Source: Octopus vulgaris
Taxonomy: Eukaryota
Direction: 5' to 3'
NCBI GenBank assembly: GCA_951406725.2
Contig: OX597836.1
Coordinates: 19,716,001 to 19,780,000, forward strand
DNA length: 64,000 nucleotides
Numbering within the stretch: the first letter of the stretch is position 1; each line of letters opens with the position of its first letter. Positions 1 to 13,530 of this stretch are shown here, one piece after another. The notes below the pieces were generated by a model. It was not told the origin of the DNA, searched no databases, and saw nothing but the letters and a program-made list of their open reading frames with translations. The translations under genes were made by a program, and so were the position numbers.

Positions 1-186
1 TGTGTGGAAGTTTGTTGTATATATATACACATATATACATACATACAAATTATGGGGGTTTAGTTCACTGGTGATTTAAATGATTGGGTACGCTAGACAA
101 GTGCTGTAACAGATTACTGGGACTCCAAGACAGTAGTTATGGAGCCATTGCAGATTTCCGATGCAGCGGATATATAATCGTTAAAC

Positions 187-527
187 AGGATCGCGGCTTC
201 GATTCCCAGACCGGGCGTTGTGTGTATTTATTGAGCAAAAACACCTAAAGCTCCACGAGGCTCCGGCAGGGGGGGTGGGGGTGGCAACCCCTGTTGTACT
301 CTTTCGCTCCAACATTCTCTCACTCTTTCTTCCTGTTTCTTGTCCCCGACTTCCTACGCGACCGCTGAGCCTGGATGCGCATTCATCCATCCGTCAATGC
401 TCTCGGTGTCAGGGGTTGACCTCCTTTCTCTTCTGCGGGTCTTACAAATAGCAAAGGACCACATTTCGAACTTCTCCCATCTTGCGAGCTCTGGGACAAA
501 GACCGTTTGCTCAACAGCAACAGCAGC
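187..527 (+). mobile_element. tRNA-derived SINE, family C head (5'-truncated) with tail type 1
   Basis: B-box-like gcttcgattcccagacc; near-identical to the full copy at 50090-50465 (-); ends in (CAA/CAG)n. Confidence 0.85.
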
Positions 528-696
528 ACCACCACCACCACCACCACCACTACCACCACCATGAACAACAACAACAACCTTGAGATGGGTTTATAAAAAG
601 AGAAACAGAGAAGAAAAAGTTAAAAGGCATATGGAAACTGGTTTGAATGTTTAGAGTATGGTTCACCCAAAATTTTTGAAATATTTTTGACAGTCT

Positions 697-697
697 G

Positions 698-749
<52 letters not shown>

Positions 750-793
750 CCAATCTATCCGTGCATCCGTCCGTCCGTCTGTCTGTCGATCTG

Positions 794-859
<66 letters not shown>

Positions 860-889
860 CACCAATCAATCCATCCGTCCACCTGCTTT

Positions 890-920
<31 letters not shown>

Positions 921-957
921 CTCTGTCCGTCCGTCTGTCTGTCTGTCTCTCCATCCG

Positions 958-989
<32 letters not shown>

Positions 990-1029
990 ACTATCTATCT
1001 ATCTATCTATCTATCTACGGATCTATCTA
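697..1029. repeat. (TATC)n/(TCCG)n/(TCTG)n compound microsatellite
   Basis: Seen directly. Confidence 0.95.
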
Positions 1030-1465
1030 CAGTGGCGGATGCAGGGGTGTTGCCCTAGTTGCCCAGGCAACACCCTTTCTAGCTGAGCCAACATAGAAGA
1101 ATTGTGACCAACGCTTAAGACTGGATAAAATTTTGAAAATACAAGCTTGAACTTTAATGAATGGTTCCGTTGTTTTCATTAACTTGGATTATAAAGTGAA
1201 CATATTATTAAGTTATGACACACAAATGTAGTTTGCCACTACTTTCCATAGGTAAATCAATACTCACAGCACCTTTGCAAATATAATTGTTATTTTTATT
1301 TCCAGCAGTTTCACAGCGTTACTGTTTCGTATGCATATGATCTGATACAACAAAGAACACATAAAAATGTCTCCATTTGTTATGAACTGCGATTCCCACA
1401 TTATATAGTAATTTTTGAAAACTTTTGGGCAACACCCCAAAAAGAAAATCCTGGATCTCCCCCTG
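1030..1465. mobile_element. Putative hAT-like MITE
   Basis: Imperfect TIRs cagtggcggatgcagg / cctggatctccccctg; subterminal ggcaacaccc repeats; no clean TSD. Confidence 0.55.
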
Positions 1466-1637
1466 GTCTATGTATGTTTGTAACTTGTTTAGCCACCCAT
1501 TTGTCCATCCGTTTGTCTGTCTGTCTGTCTGTCTATTTGTCTATTTATTTATCCATCCATCCATCAACCTGTCTGACGGCCTGCCTGTTTATCTGTCAGT
1601 CTGTCTGTCTGTCTCTCTCTGTCTCTCTCTCTCTCTC

Positions 1638-1991
1638 TACTCTTTACTCTTTTACTTGTTTCAGTCATTTGACTGTGGCCATGCTGGAGCACCGCCTTTA
1701 ATCGAGGAAATCGACCCCAGGACTTATTCTTTGTAAGCCTAGTTTGCCGAACCGCTAAGCGATGTTGGGAGGACAAACAGACACGCAACACGCACATATA
1801 TATATATATATATATATACATATATAAGACGGGCTTCTTTCAGTTTTTCGTCTACCAAATCCACTCACAAGGCTTTGGTCAGCCCGAGGCTATAGTAGGA
1901 GACACTTTCCCAAGGTACCACGCAGTGGGACTGAACCCGGAACCATGTGGTTAGTAAGCAAGCTACTTACCCACACAGTCACTCCAGCACC
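1638..1991 (-). mobile_element. tRNA-derived SINE family B with internal microsatellite
   Basis: Head gtggctgtgtggtaag...ggttcagtccc, ccttgggcaagtgtc core, (gagtaaaa)n tail; many copies in the window. Confidence 0.85.
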
Positions 1992-1999
1992 TCTCTCTA

Positions 2000-2043
<44 letters not shown>

Positions 2044-3038
2044 GTAGGAAGAGAGAGTAGAGAAGAGAGAGAAAGGGAGAGATTTATATTTATATTTATG
2101 TGTGTGTGTGTTTGTAATTATTTAATTCTTACTTCTTTCTTTCATTTTGTCTTTCCTCAGTCGTTCCGTTCCATGCTTTCCTTTTTCTTTCACCCCCCCC
2201 ACTCTCTCTTTCCCTCATTTATTCACTTATTCATAAGTCCTTCATTAATTCATTTATTCAATCATTTGTTCTTTCTTTTATTCTACGTCTATTTCTGTTT
2301 CTTGTTTGTTTCTGCTTTTCATTCGATTCTTTGTCTAATCCTCCACCCCCGTTTTTTTCGTTCTATTTCACAAGTTATTAATAAACACAATCAAGCACAT
2401 AACATAAACATCCACCCCACCCCACCCCACCTCACCCCACCCCGTGTCTTCTTCCTCCCACCATTCTACTATCATCACCTCATACTACCACCTCCTCTCA
2501 CCGCTCCTCCACCGCCACCACCACCTTATACATCCACTTCCTCTCACCACTCCTTCACTACCACCTTATACATTCACTGCCATCCCCCCCACCATTCCAG
2601 TGGTGCCACTCCCCCCCACCACCACCACCACGACTACCGGTCCACCGCCACCTCCCACCTTTATTTCCCACATCACCATGCTACGGTACCTTCCCCTTCC
2701 TCCCCATTGTTACACAACTTCTCCATCATCATCACCACCCCCACCACAATTCTATCCCCACCATCACACACCTGCCCCCTCAGTCACACACCCACTCCAT
2801 CTCTATATGTTGTCCATACAAATATTTCTAATTAGGTGTGATTTTTATGACTCTTTATCGTTACAAAGGTGGGAGTGAAGTGGCAAAATCAATATGGTGG
2901 AGTGGGGGTGAGGATGAAGATTTTGGTGCTTGACTGCATTCTCTGGCCATGTTCCGAAGATAAGTTTCCGAGGTCAAATCTCATTGGAGTCGCTACCGGT
3001 ACCAGTGAAGTACCCAGGGCTTGTGCACTATATTTTGT

Positions 3039-3269
3039 TATTTCTTTATTACCCACATGGGGCTTAACACAGAGGGGACAAACAAGGACAGACAAACGGA
3101 TTAGTCGATTATATCAACCCCAGTGCGTAACTGGTAGTTATTTAATCGACCCTGAAAGGATGAAAGGCAAAGTCGACCTTGGTGGAATTTGAACTCAGAA
3201 CGTAGCGGCAGACGAAATATGGCTAAGCATTTCGCCCGGCGTGCTAACATTTCTGCCAGCTCGCCACCT
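3039..3269 (-). mobile_element. SINE family A, full length, 15-bp TSD
   Basis: A/B-box-like head ggcgagctggcagaa...gagttcaaattcc; TSD tgcactatattttgt at 3024-3038 and 3270-3284. Confidence 0.9.
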
Positions 3270-3409
3270 TGCACTATATTTTGTGGCATGGTGGAAACTG
3301 CAGCAAGGAAGATGTGCTGTGATATTGCAAATGTAATTCTGAGAAAAAAATATTTTTGTATCTACTGAAACTCCATTGACATGACTGGCCAGTGTCCATT
3401 GGGCATATT

Positions 3410-3743
3410 GTGACCCCCTTCGGTCAGACACTGACCATGGGCTTGCACCTAGAGAGTTACCCTCTGAGGCACAAGTCCGGGCAAGGTTGTTTATGGAAGA
3501 CCAGCAGTCGCCCATGCATACCGGCCTCCCCTCTCCACGTCACCAGTGTTATCCAAGGGAAAGGCAAAGGGGCCGATACAGCTTGGCACCTGTGACATCA
3601 CAGCTCATTTCTACAGCTGAGTGAACTGGAGCAACGTGAAATAAAGTGTCTTGCTCAAGAACACAACACGCAGCCCGGTCCGGAATTCGAGCTCACAACC
3701 TCACGATCGTAAGCTCGACGCTCTAACCACTGAGCCATGCACT
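3410..3743 (-). mobile_element. tRNA-derived SINE family E
   Basis: Head ggctcagtggttagagcg...ctcgaattcc; core ttgagcaagacactttatttcacgttgctcc; second copy at 51270-51560. Confidence 0.8.
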
Positions 3744-3877
3744 TTCATATTGGGCATGTTAAATGCCTGTTATCCGGCAAAATTAGCAAGCAAACCACTG
3801 AATGCTTCTTTGTGCCCAGTGTCATTGAAGGAAATCACAAGACAATAGGCACTTACATGATGGTTTGCTGCTGGGTA

Positions 3878-4250
3878 GCGGTATTTTGTCTGCCGCTACG
3901 TTCTGAGTTCAAATTCCGCCGAGGTCGACTTTGCCTTTCATCCTTTCGGGGGTCAATTAAATAAGTACCAGTTACGCACTGGGGTCGATATTATCGACTT
4001 AATCCGTTTGTCTGTCCTTGTTTGTCCCCTCTGTGTTTAGCCCCTTGTGGGTAGTAAAGAAATAGGTATTTCGTCTACCATTACGTTCTGAGTTCAAATT
4101 CCGCTGAGGTCGACTTTGCCTTTCATCCTTTCGGGGTTGATTAAATAAGTACCAGTTATGCACTGGGGTCGATATAATCGACTTAATTCGTTTGTCTGTC
4201 TTTGTTTGTCCCCTCTGTGTTTAGCCCCTTGTGGGTAGTAAAGAAATAGG
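3878..4250 (+). mobile_element. SINE family A tandem dimer
   Basis: Two ~185-bp units joined at aaagaaatag|gtatttcgtct. Confidence 0.9.
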
Positions 4251-4390
4251 TATTACTGTAGTACACAACACTATACTCTTCTCTGACGTTGATTATACCC
4301 TATGCTTCAAAGTTGTAGTATTCCCATGTTAGTAATCAATAGTCTAAATAAGTGTGATTGCTTGTTGATATAATTGATATCAGCCCCTGT

Positions 4391-4690
4391 GGAGGCGCAA
4401 TGGCCCAGTGGTTAGGGCAGCGGACTCGCGGTTGTAGGATCGCGGTTTCGATTCCCAGACCGGCCGTTGTGAGTGTTTATTGCGCGAAAACACCTAAAGC
4501 TTCATGAGGCTCCGGCAGGGGATGGTGGTGATCCCTGCTGTACTCTTTCACCACAACTTTCTCTCACTCTTTCTTCTGTTAGCCTGCTCGCTTAGCCAGC
4601 AGGGTGGCGTCATTGCAAGCGAAAACAATGCAAAGCGCATTGTGACCAGCGATGTGTAGCAACATCTGATGGCCTGGTTGGTCATGTGAT

Positions 4691-4698
<8 letters not shown>
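4391..4698 (+). mobile_element. SINE family C head with tail type 2
   Basis: tRNA-like ggaggcgcaatggcccagtggttagggc...gtttcgattccc; tail shared with 61547-61792. Confidence 0.85.
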
Positions 4699-4744
<46 letters not shown>

Positions 4745-4834
4745 TAGACTCTCATTGTTGGACAATGTATAAGATCGTTGCAATTTCTTGCTGAACAACT
4801 ATACAGTTGATTTGTTGATAAGAATCAAATGTTT

Positions 4835-5051
4835 GTTAGTTAGTTAGTTAGTTAGTTAATTTTTTGGCTCAAAAAGCAAAATGCAAGGCCATGTAGGGGG
4901 ACATGGCGTTATGTACAGGGTGGTGTTCATGTAAAGAGTTCAGGACACTTGTGGTCAAGGGAGACTTTGAACCGAGCGGTTGTCGGCATCTTCACCATCT
5001 CGTCCGGCAGCTTATTCCACGGATCCGCAACCCGGATAGAGAAAGCCCCTG
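4835..5051 (-). mobile_element. CR1/L2-clade LINE 3' end (5'-truncated)
   Basis: Minus-strand translation GAFSIRVADPWNKLPDEMVKMPTTARFKVSLD resembles the CR1 ORF2 C-terminal FSxRVVxxWNxLP motif; (TAAC)n tail. Confidence 0.8.
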
Positions 5052-5695
5052 TGTTCACATAAGCTCACTCACCTCCATCAAATCAACATTACCTGTATAG
5101 GCAGATGACGTGCCACATGTCAGATGATGAAATGATTATAGAGCAATGTGAAATGAACCGTTTTGCTCAAGAACACAGTGCAATGCTCAGTCTGGGAACT
5201 GAAACTACGATCTCGAAATTGTGAGCACAAACACCCTAACCACTAAGCCATATATATATATATGTAAGCATACACACACACAGGATCCCGCACAGTTTCC
5301 TTCAACTAAATCCACTCACAAGGCTTTGGTTAGCTGGAGGCTATAGCAGCAAGGACTTACTTGAGGTGTTACTCTGTAAGACTGAATCCCCGACCACATG
5401 GTTGTGAAGCAGACTTCTAAACCACAAAACCATTATTAACATTGGTTTATAACTTTAAAAACAAGGCTAACAACCTTGAAGGAAGGGATTAAGTTGATGT
5501 CATTGACCCCAGCACATGACTGGTAGTACTTTATTTTATAGAATCTAAAAGGATGAAAGGTAAATTTGACCATAACATTAAAGCATAGGACAAAATGCTT
5601 TGTGAAAGTGCTGAGCTAGAGGTCTTGTGATTATTCAGTTATTTCCCTTTACATTTCTGAGTTTAGCTATCCACCAGCAGGGGTCAAGTTTGCTT

Positions 5696-5934
5696 GGCAT
5701 AACTTCGGTATAGATACCGGAAGTACCGGATACATTTCAAGAAAGTGGGTTTTTTATATATGTGGGTGGGGGTTAGGGCTAGGGTTAGGGTTAGGGTTAG
5801 GGTTAGGGTTAGGGTTTGTGTTAGGGTTAGGGTTAGGGTTAGGGTTAGGGGTGGGAGAAAAGGGTTTCTGTTATCTTCAGAAATGTAAACAAAGCCACTT
5901 CCGGTACTTTCTGTACCTATACCGAAGGATCACC
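5696..5934. mobile_element. hAT-like MITE containing a (TTAGGG)n tract
   Basis: TIRs ttcggtatagataccggaagtaccgg / ccggtactttctgtacctataccgaa; 8-bp TSD gtttgctt at 5688-5695 and 5935-5942. Confidence 0.8.
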
Positions 5935-6255
5935 GTTTGCTTTCATGATATGGATGTCAGGCTCTAGGGAAGAAATATTCTCCCAGTTTGGAACACACTT
6001 GCTCCTCTGTGCCCAACACAGGTCAGACAGTTGCCCCTCACTTTATCGAGCAGAGATTCCAGTCCTTTTGCATATAATGCTGGTTTCTCACATTTGCCCT
6101 CAGTGGGTGCAAATCAGGTATGTCAGATGTTAGAAAAAAGACTGACTTGACAAAAGAATGAGGAAAGTAATTACTGGGAAGCCTGTGGACCACAAAACCT
6201 CTTTTGATAAAAGTAAATACGAAGTGGGTTGGCCATCAAACATGACACTGTGGCA

Positions 6256-6306
6256 AGTAGTAGTAGTAGTAGTGGTGGTGGTGGTGGTAGTAAGAGTAGT
6301 AGTAGT

Positions 6307-6401
<95 letters not shown>

Positions 6402-6445
6402 CAGCAGCAGCAGCGGTGGTGGGGGTGGTAGCAGTAGTAGCAGCT
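6256..6445. repeat. (AGT)n/(AGC)n/(GGT)n trinucleotide repeat
   Basis: Seen directly. Confidence 0.95.
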
Positions 6446-6637
6446 GCAACATGTTAATAATCCCCAGATTTGTGCAGGTGGAGTGACGGGGTGAAACCTG
6501 TAATTGTTAGTTGCAAAACATATAAAGAGAGAAAGAGAGACTGTGGGGGGGGAGCTGCAGGGAGATGAGAGAGAGAGAAGTTATGAAATCCCCAGTAAAT
6601 GAGTAGCAATAGACAGGCAGATAGACTGACAAACAAG

Positions 6638-7410
<773 letters not shown>

Positions 7411-7765
7411 CAGGCAGTCAGACAAATATTACACAATCGATGGTTGTGCAAAGTTTCAAAACTGATGAAAGCCTAACAACTTCTTCTCAGTCCTAATCAT
7501 TGGTCTCCCTGTATTGAAATGAATCCTTGTCTAAATCCCCTAATTAGGTAACCCTGTCAAGTTTCGATGGGCAGATGGATAGACAGAAATATAGACAGCG
7601 TTAAGAGAAAGAGAGAAAGAGATCTTACAATAAATAAGGGGAGATAGTGGTAGTACAAGTAAAAAGAATAAAAGAGAAAGTGAGCAGGTAAAGAAAAACA
7701 TAAAGCGATCTGTCAGTTAACACATGCACACACACACAGAGGAAGACAAATAAAACAGACAGATT

Positions 7766-7818
<53 letters not shown>

Positions 7819-8017
7819 TGAGAGTTTACGAAAAAACAAAAGACGAAGACAGGTGGTGTACAAAACAAATAGATGTATTAAGTATAATGCTCAGGAATAG
7901 AAAAAGTTTCTTACGTTTCGAGCCTATGCTCTTCAACAGAAAGGGACACAGAAAAAACAAGGAGAGATTAGATAGATAGATAGATAGATAGATATAGATA
8001 GATAGATAGATATAGAT

Positions 8018-8050
<33 letters not shown>

Positions 8051-8071
8051 TATAGATAGATAGATGAACAA

Positions 8072-8126
<55 letters not shown>

Positions 8127-8556
8127 TAAGTGAAAAGGGAAAGAAATTCAACAAGGAAAAGATTAAAAGAGAGAGTAAGGAGGGAGAGAGAAGTAGCTAG
8201 AGAAAGAGGAAGAAAGTGGGAGAGAGAGAGAGAGAGAAAGAGGGAGAGACGAGAGATATGTAGGTGAGTTATTGAACAATAAGAGTTAGCATTGTGAATT
8301 GATCATGGCTTTCTTTTCCTTTATTTTTTCTTGTTTCATTTTATTATTTTTGTTATTTATTTATTGTCAATAAACCTTACAAATCATGTAGTTCAGGACA
8401 TTTAACCAGCTGGAACCACCTTCTCTCACATGCACACCACACCCCAACTTACACACCCACTGTACACTTGCACTCGCTTATGCATATACACATGTGCATA
8501 CACACATGCATACATGCATACATATTTACAAATACATATTGATTTTCAGGTCAGTA

Positions 8557-8595
<39 letters not shown>

Positions 8596-8610
8596 TATAT
8601 ACCTGTACAT

Positions 8611-8842
8611 AAGGTGGCGAGCTGGCAGAAACATTAGCACGCCGGGCGAAATGCATAGCCGTATTTCGTCTGCCATTACGTTCTGAGTTCAAATTCTGCC
8701 GAGGTCGACTTTGCCATTCATCCTTTCGGGGTCGATAAATTAAGTACCAGCTACGCACTGGGGTCGACGTAATCGACTTAATCCGTTTGACTGTCCTTGT
8801 TTGTCCCCTCTGTGTTTAGCCCCTTGTGGGTAGTAAAGAAAT
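8611..8842 (+). mobile_element. SINE family A
   Basis: Matches the family consensus seen across the window. Confidence 0.9.
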
Positions 8843-9700
8843 ATATATATATGTACATGTACACACACACATATATGCATATGTGTGCATGTATGTATAA
8901 ATATATGTAGGTATGTATATCTCTCTTCTAGAAAAACTCTCTTCTCTTTGGCTTTTTCAAAAATGACTGAAGCCTCCTCTGTCTCCAAGAAAACTTTTAC
9001 TATCATTAGACTGTGGCCATGCTGGGGCACCACCTGGAAGAATTGTTGGTCAAATGAATTGTCCTCCATAAGTACACACATGCATACGTGATGAGCTTCT
9101 TTCAGTCTCCATCTACTAAATCCACTCACAAGGATTGGTCAACCCCAGGTGCCATGCAGTGGGATGGAACCTGGAACCATGGGGTTGGAAAACAAACTTC
9201 TTACCACACAGCCACACCCATAGATTGGACCCTGACAGATAAACCATTCCAGGTCAGGATCTGAGAGTAATGGTAATTAAGGGGTGACTCCATGCTCACC
9301 ACAATACCAGGTCTCCTGAACTGGAGCCTTGCCACTAGATGCAGTTTAATGCCAGGAGAAAGACACTCTGATATAAAACTTGTAGTCAAAATAGTATCAG
9401 ACATCCTGCAATGCTTGTCGCTGGAGACCAATAGAGTGGCATAAGTGTTGTACAAGCTTTTGATATTTAAATCTAATGACATACAGACTTCCGACTATCA
9501 TTTCATTTCCTGGTTGTTTTTTTCTAATTTTATAAAGTCTTTGGTGACGTATGTATGGCAATCTTATTTTATGTGTAGATGCAGGGATGAAAGTAAATCA
9601 GAACAATCAATCTAAATATGAGATGGCTATCATCTGACAAGATGAGACAATTGACATACATATCTATAGTTGTATATGTGTATATGTATATCTATGTGTG

Positions 9701-9736
<36 letters not shown>

Positions 9737-9827
9737 AAATTAAATAAGGGTAGAAATTGATATTGATCAATTAAAACCAGTGGCCGAGCATATTTTAAAA
9801 AATCTGAAGATTAAACATTTTTTTACA

Positions 9828-10233
9828 TACAAAATTTAGAGGAGTGACCACTAAAAGTGGACAGCCTACATACTAGATATAGATGTCAAAAAACTCACCA
9901 AAAAAAACAAAGCTTAAAAATAAGCAAGACAAATGAAAATATACGAAATAAAAAACGATTACTTACGTACTAATTAGTTTCACTTGTTAATATTTACGTA
10001 TATGGACATGATCTTGCAGATGTTTTCATGTCCATATACGTAAATATTAACAGGTGAAACTAATTAGTACATAGGTAATCGTTTTTTATTTCGTATATTT
10101 TCATTTGTCTTGCTTATTTTTACGCTTTGCTTTTTTTCTGGAGAACACATTCTTCGTGGAAAATGGCAATTTTGACGTCTATATCTAGTATATAGGCTGT
10201 CCACTTTTAGTGGTCAGACCTCTAAATTTTGTA
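9828..10233. repeat. Long inverted repeat (~180-bp arms, short spacer) between (TA)n tracts
   Basis: tacaaaatttagagg...ggacatga pairs with tcatgtcc...cctctaaattttgta. Confidence 0.9.
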
Positions 10234-10251
10234 TATATATATATATATGCA

Positions 10252-10487
10252 TACAAAAATTTTATAATTATAAATATAATTATAATTAGGGGTCAGCTAA
10301 TTGTTTCACCACATACCGAATTTAGAAATAGGAGTTAAAAATTCCTTTTCTACTACTCAATGACAGTAACATACTATGTTTTAACTCCTATTTCTAAATT
10401 CAGTATATGGTGAAGCAATTAGCTGAACCCTAATTATAATAATGTTTATAATTATAAAATATTTGTATAATTTTACCTATAAAGCTT
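10252..10487. repeat. Inverted repeat (~95-bp arms)
   Basis: ttataattaggggtcagctaattg...ggagttaaaa vs ttttaactcc...caattagctgaaccctaattataa; a single arm recurs at ~60835-60910. Confidence 0.85.
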
Positions 10488-10583
10488 ATTTTAATGTACC
10501 GATCTACTTGGTAAAATTATTAATTAATTGATTAATTAATTAATTAATTTAATTGATAAATTTTACCCTGTTATTATTAATTT

Positions 10584-10625
<42 letters not shown>

Positions 10626-10626
10626 T

Positions 10627-10875
10627 TGGTTGGTGCTTAATTATTGCAGGTTTTTTTCAACAAATTTTATTCAACAAAAACAATAACAATATTTGACAAA
10701 AACATGTTTAAATGATGGTCTGATCATCTACCAAGCAAATGGGAAGCAGTAATTGAAGTAGATGGTGAATATGCTCCGGAATAATCATTTAAAGATGTTT
10801 TTGTTACATGTTGTTATTGTTTTTGTTAAATAAAAATTGTTGAAAAAACCTGCAATAATTATGCACCAATTCAAT
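10627..10875 (+). mobile_element. mariner-derived MITE with transposase C-terminal remnant
   Basis: Long TIRs ttggttggtgcttaattattgcagg; internal LPSKWEAVIEVDGEYAPE* resembles the mariner C-terminal LPxRWxxxxxxxGxY motif; second copy at 57117-57356 (-). Confidence 0.8.
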
Positions 10876-10945
10876 ATATATATATGCATGAATCTCTGTC
10901 CATCCATCTACCTACCTGCCTACCCACCCATATATGATGATGATC

Positions 10946-11027
<82 letters not shown>

Positions 11028-11094
11028 GTGTGTGTATGTATGTATGTATGTATGTATATATATTCACACACACACACACACATAGTAATAATAA

Positions 11095-11833
11095 TAACAA
11101 GAGCACTCAAAGAGCACAAACCTCCACCAAGGAAACACCAACGTCCTCTCAATGATTAGTGAGGGATTTTTTTAAAATCAGAATATCTGAAATAAACTGG
11201 ACTGCTCTCACAAACGAGAATACTAAAAATGAATGCACCTGCTCTCAAAAGGGAAAATAATCCAAATATGTATGTATATATATATATATATATTGAGTGA
11301 GAGGTGAAGAGAGAGATGAAATACTAATACAGTGAAGGAGAAGTAGTGAGAGTAATAGCCATGACTTAGAGGGAGTGAGAGAAAGTAATGACAATGAGAA
11401 AGATGAAATGAAGTAGCAAAGAGAGCATCATATAAATGAGAAAGGAAGTGGTGATAGATGAATAATGAAAGAAGGAGTGAGAAAGCCGATAAATGGTATT
11501 TGAAGTGTGAGTATATGTGTGTGTAATAAAGAGGTATGTTTGCATGCATGTGTGTGTGTGTGTGTTTATGTGTGTGCATGTACAAGAGAACTATGTAAAA
11601 CTTTACATATACGTATAAAATTTTTAAAAAATTGGAAAAATAATCCAGAGTCCTTGTCTGGCACCAGATTGATCCCAAAATCTAATGAGACTGTGATAGT
11701 CACAATGCCAAACATCCCTGAGAGTTTCATCCGAATCCATCCAGCAGTTCTTGAGATATCTTGTCCATGGACAGGCAAACAAACAAACACAACTGAAAAC
11801 AACACCTCTGCCTTCGTTAAGGCAGAGGTGATA
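11095..11833. mobile_element. Putative Helentron-associated non-autonomous (HINE/DINE-like) element
   Basis: One end aacaagagcactc...acctccaccaagg; other end (caaa)n plus terminal hairpin acctctgcctt-cgtt-aaggcagaggt. Confidence 0.5.
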
Positions 11834-11941
11834 ATCCATGGATGGAATTTATAAATATTTTAATATTCCAATTATTTGTGATACCCAGAAAATTCATTAT
11901 CGTCCAATTACTGTCAAATGAGATCAATAGCCCAACATTCG

Positions 11942-11995
<54 letters not shown>

Positions 11996-11997
<2 letters not shown>

Positions 11998-12425
11998 CGT
12001 AAGAGTGGTTGTGTGGTAAGTAGCTTGCTTACCAACCACATAGTTCCGGGTTCAGTCCAACTGCATGGCACCTTGGGCAAGTGTCTTCTACTATAACCTT
12101 GGGCCGACCAAAGCCTTGTGAGTGGATTTGGTAGATGGAAACTGAAAGAAGTCTGTTGTTTCATATGTATATATATATGTATGTGTGTGTGTATATGTTT
12201 GTGTGTCTGTGTTTGTCCCCCCAACATTGCTTGACAGCCGATGCTGGTGTGTTTACGACCCCCTCCCGTAATTTAGCGGTTCGGCAAAAGAGACTGATAG
12301 AATAAGTACTGGGCTTACAAAAAATAAGTCCTGGCGTTGATTTGCTCGACTAAAGGCAGTGCTCCAGCATGGCCACAGTCAAATGACTGAAACAAGAAAA
12401 AGAGTAAAAGAGTAAATGAGTAAAT
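11996..12425 (+). mobile_element. SINE family B, full length
   Basis: Head, core, internal (TA/TG)n and gagtaaa tail all present. Confidence 0.9.
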
Positions 12426-12592
12426 GAATAAAAGAGTAAATAGTAACCTTTTGAGTACATCTATTGTATGTGGATATATATTGGTCAGTTTTTTCTCCAT
12501 GGTAGAGTTGATGTTTTACACAACCTTGAAAAATTCTGAAGGTAAGTCTGTTAGTTTATTTCTGAACACACTCATATATATGGGTGTACTCA

Positions 12593-12667
<75 letters not shown>

Positions 12668-12669
<2 letters not shown>

Positions 12670-13030
12670 TCATCATCATCATCATCATCGTTTAACGTCT
12701 GCTTTCCATGCTAGCATGTTGCGCCAGGCTCCAATCTGATCTGGCAGAGTTTCAACAGCTGGATGCCCTTCCTAACGCCAACCACTCCGAGAGTGTAGTG
12801 GGTGCTTTTAAAGTGCCACCGGCACAAGGGCCAGTCTGGCGGTACTGGCAATGGCCACGCTTGAAAATGCTGTTTTTACATACTGTTTTTACATGCTGGA
12901 GTCAGTCCAGCAGCACTGGCAACGACCTCGCTCGAATGTTTTGTTCACATACCACCGGCACAAGTGCCAGTGAGGCAATGCTGACAACGATCACGCTCAA
13001 ATGGTGCTCTTTACATGCCAGACAGCTGCT
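12668..13030 (-). mobile_element. RTE-LINE 3' UTR-derived element
   Basis: (GAT)n tail plus catgctagcatggaaagcagacgttaaac, like the 3' end of the RTE copy at 35385-36331. Confidence 0.8.
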
Positions 13031-13370
13031 CTGATCCCGCTTGGATGGAGCTGTTAGTGCTCCACTATATATTTATATATATATATAGTAACAATATATT
13101 TATCCTTCATTATATTGGTACAGCTCAGTACAACCCCGTAAGACTGCTATTGCTAGTTAGTCTCATTAGACTGCAGCTGGCTTATTGAAATAGGAACTTT
13201 TATATGCATACTCAAAAGCATTTCCTGTAAATGAACTTAAAGGATATATATAGAGATTCAGATGAATATGGTACTTAAGTTGAGGCACCAGAATTAAGTA
13301 TAGTATTATCCATACAATTTCGAAATAAGGTGATTAAAATCAAAATAAGCAACAAGGATATCCAGAGCTA

Positions 13371-13464
13371 ATGCAGTACGATCGTTTCATGCAACTCCAT
13401 TTAATTGAACAATGCAATCATTTCATTACATCAATTTAAAATGTAGAGCAATCTTCAGCTACAC
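13371..13464 (-). ncRNA. Type I hammerhead ribozyme motif (intact core)
   Basis: GUGUAG-CUGAAGA-[long stem II UUGCUC...GAGUUGCAU]-GAAA-CGAUCG-UA-CUGCAU; 6-bp stem I; palindromic stem III ACGAUCGU. Confidence 0.75.
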
Positions 13465-13530
13465 AAAGACATAGAATTTAATTAAATTAGAAGGACACAT
13501 TAGTATAATTTTACCCCCAAATCTTTTTTT

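Noticed and set aside
1945-2835. 296-aa His/Pro-rich ORF
   Set aside because: Runs through a SINE end and low-complexity repeats
4391-4465. tRNA gene-like sequence
   Set aside because: It is a SINE head: it runs into a repeated body and tail and lacks a closed acceptor stem
5770-5850. True telomere or fusion site
   Set aside because: The tract is short and enclosed by TIRs and a TSD
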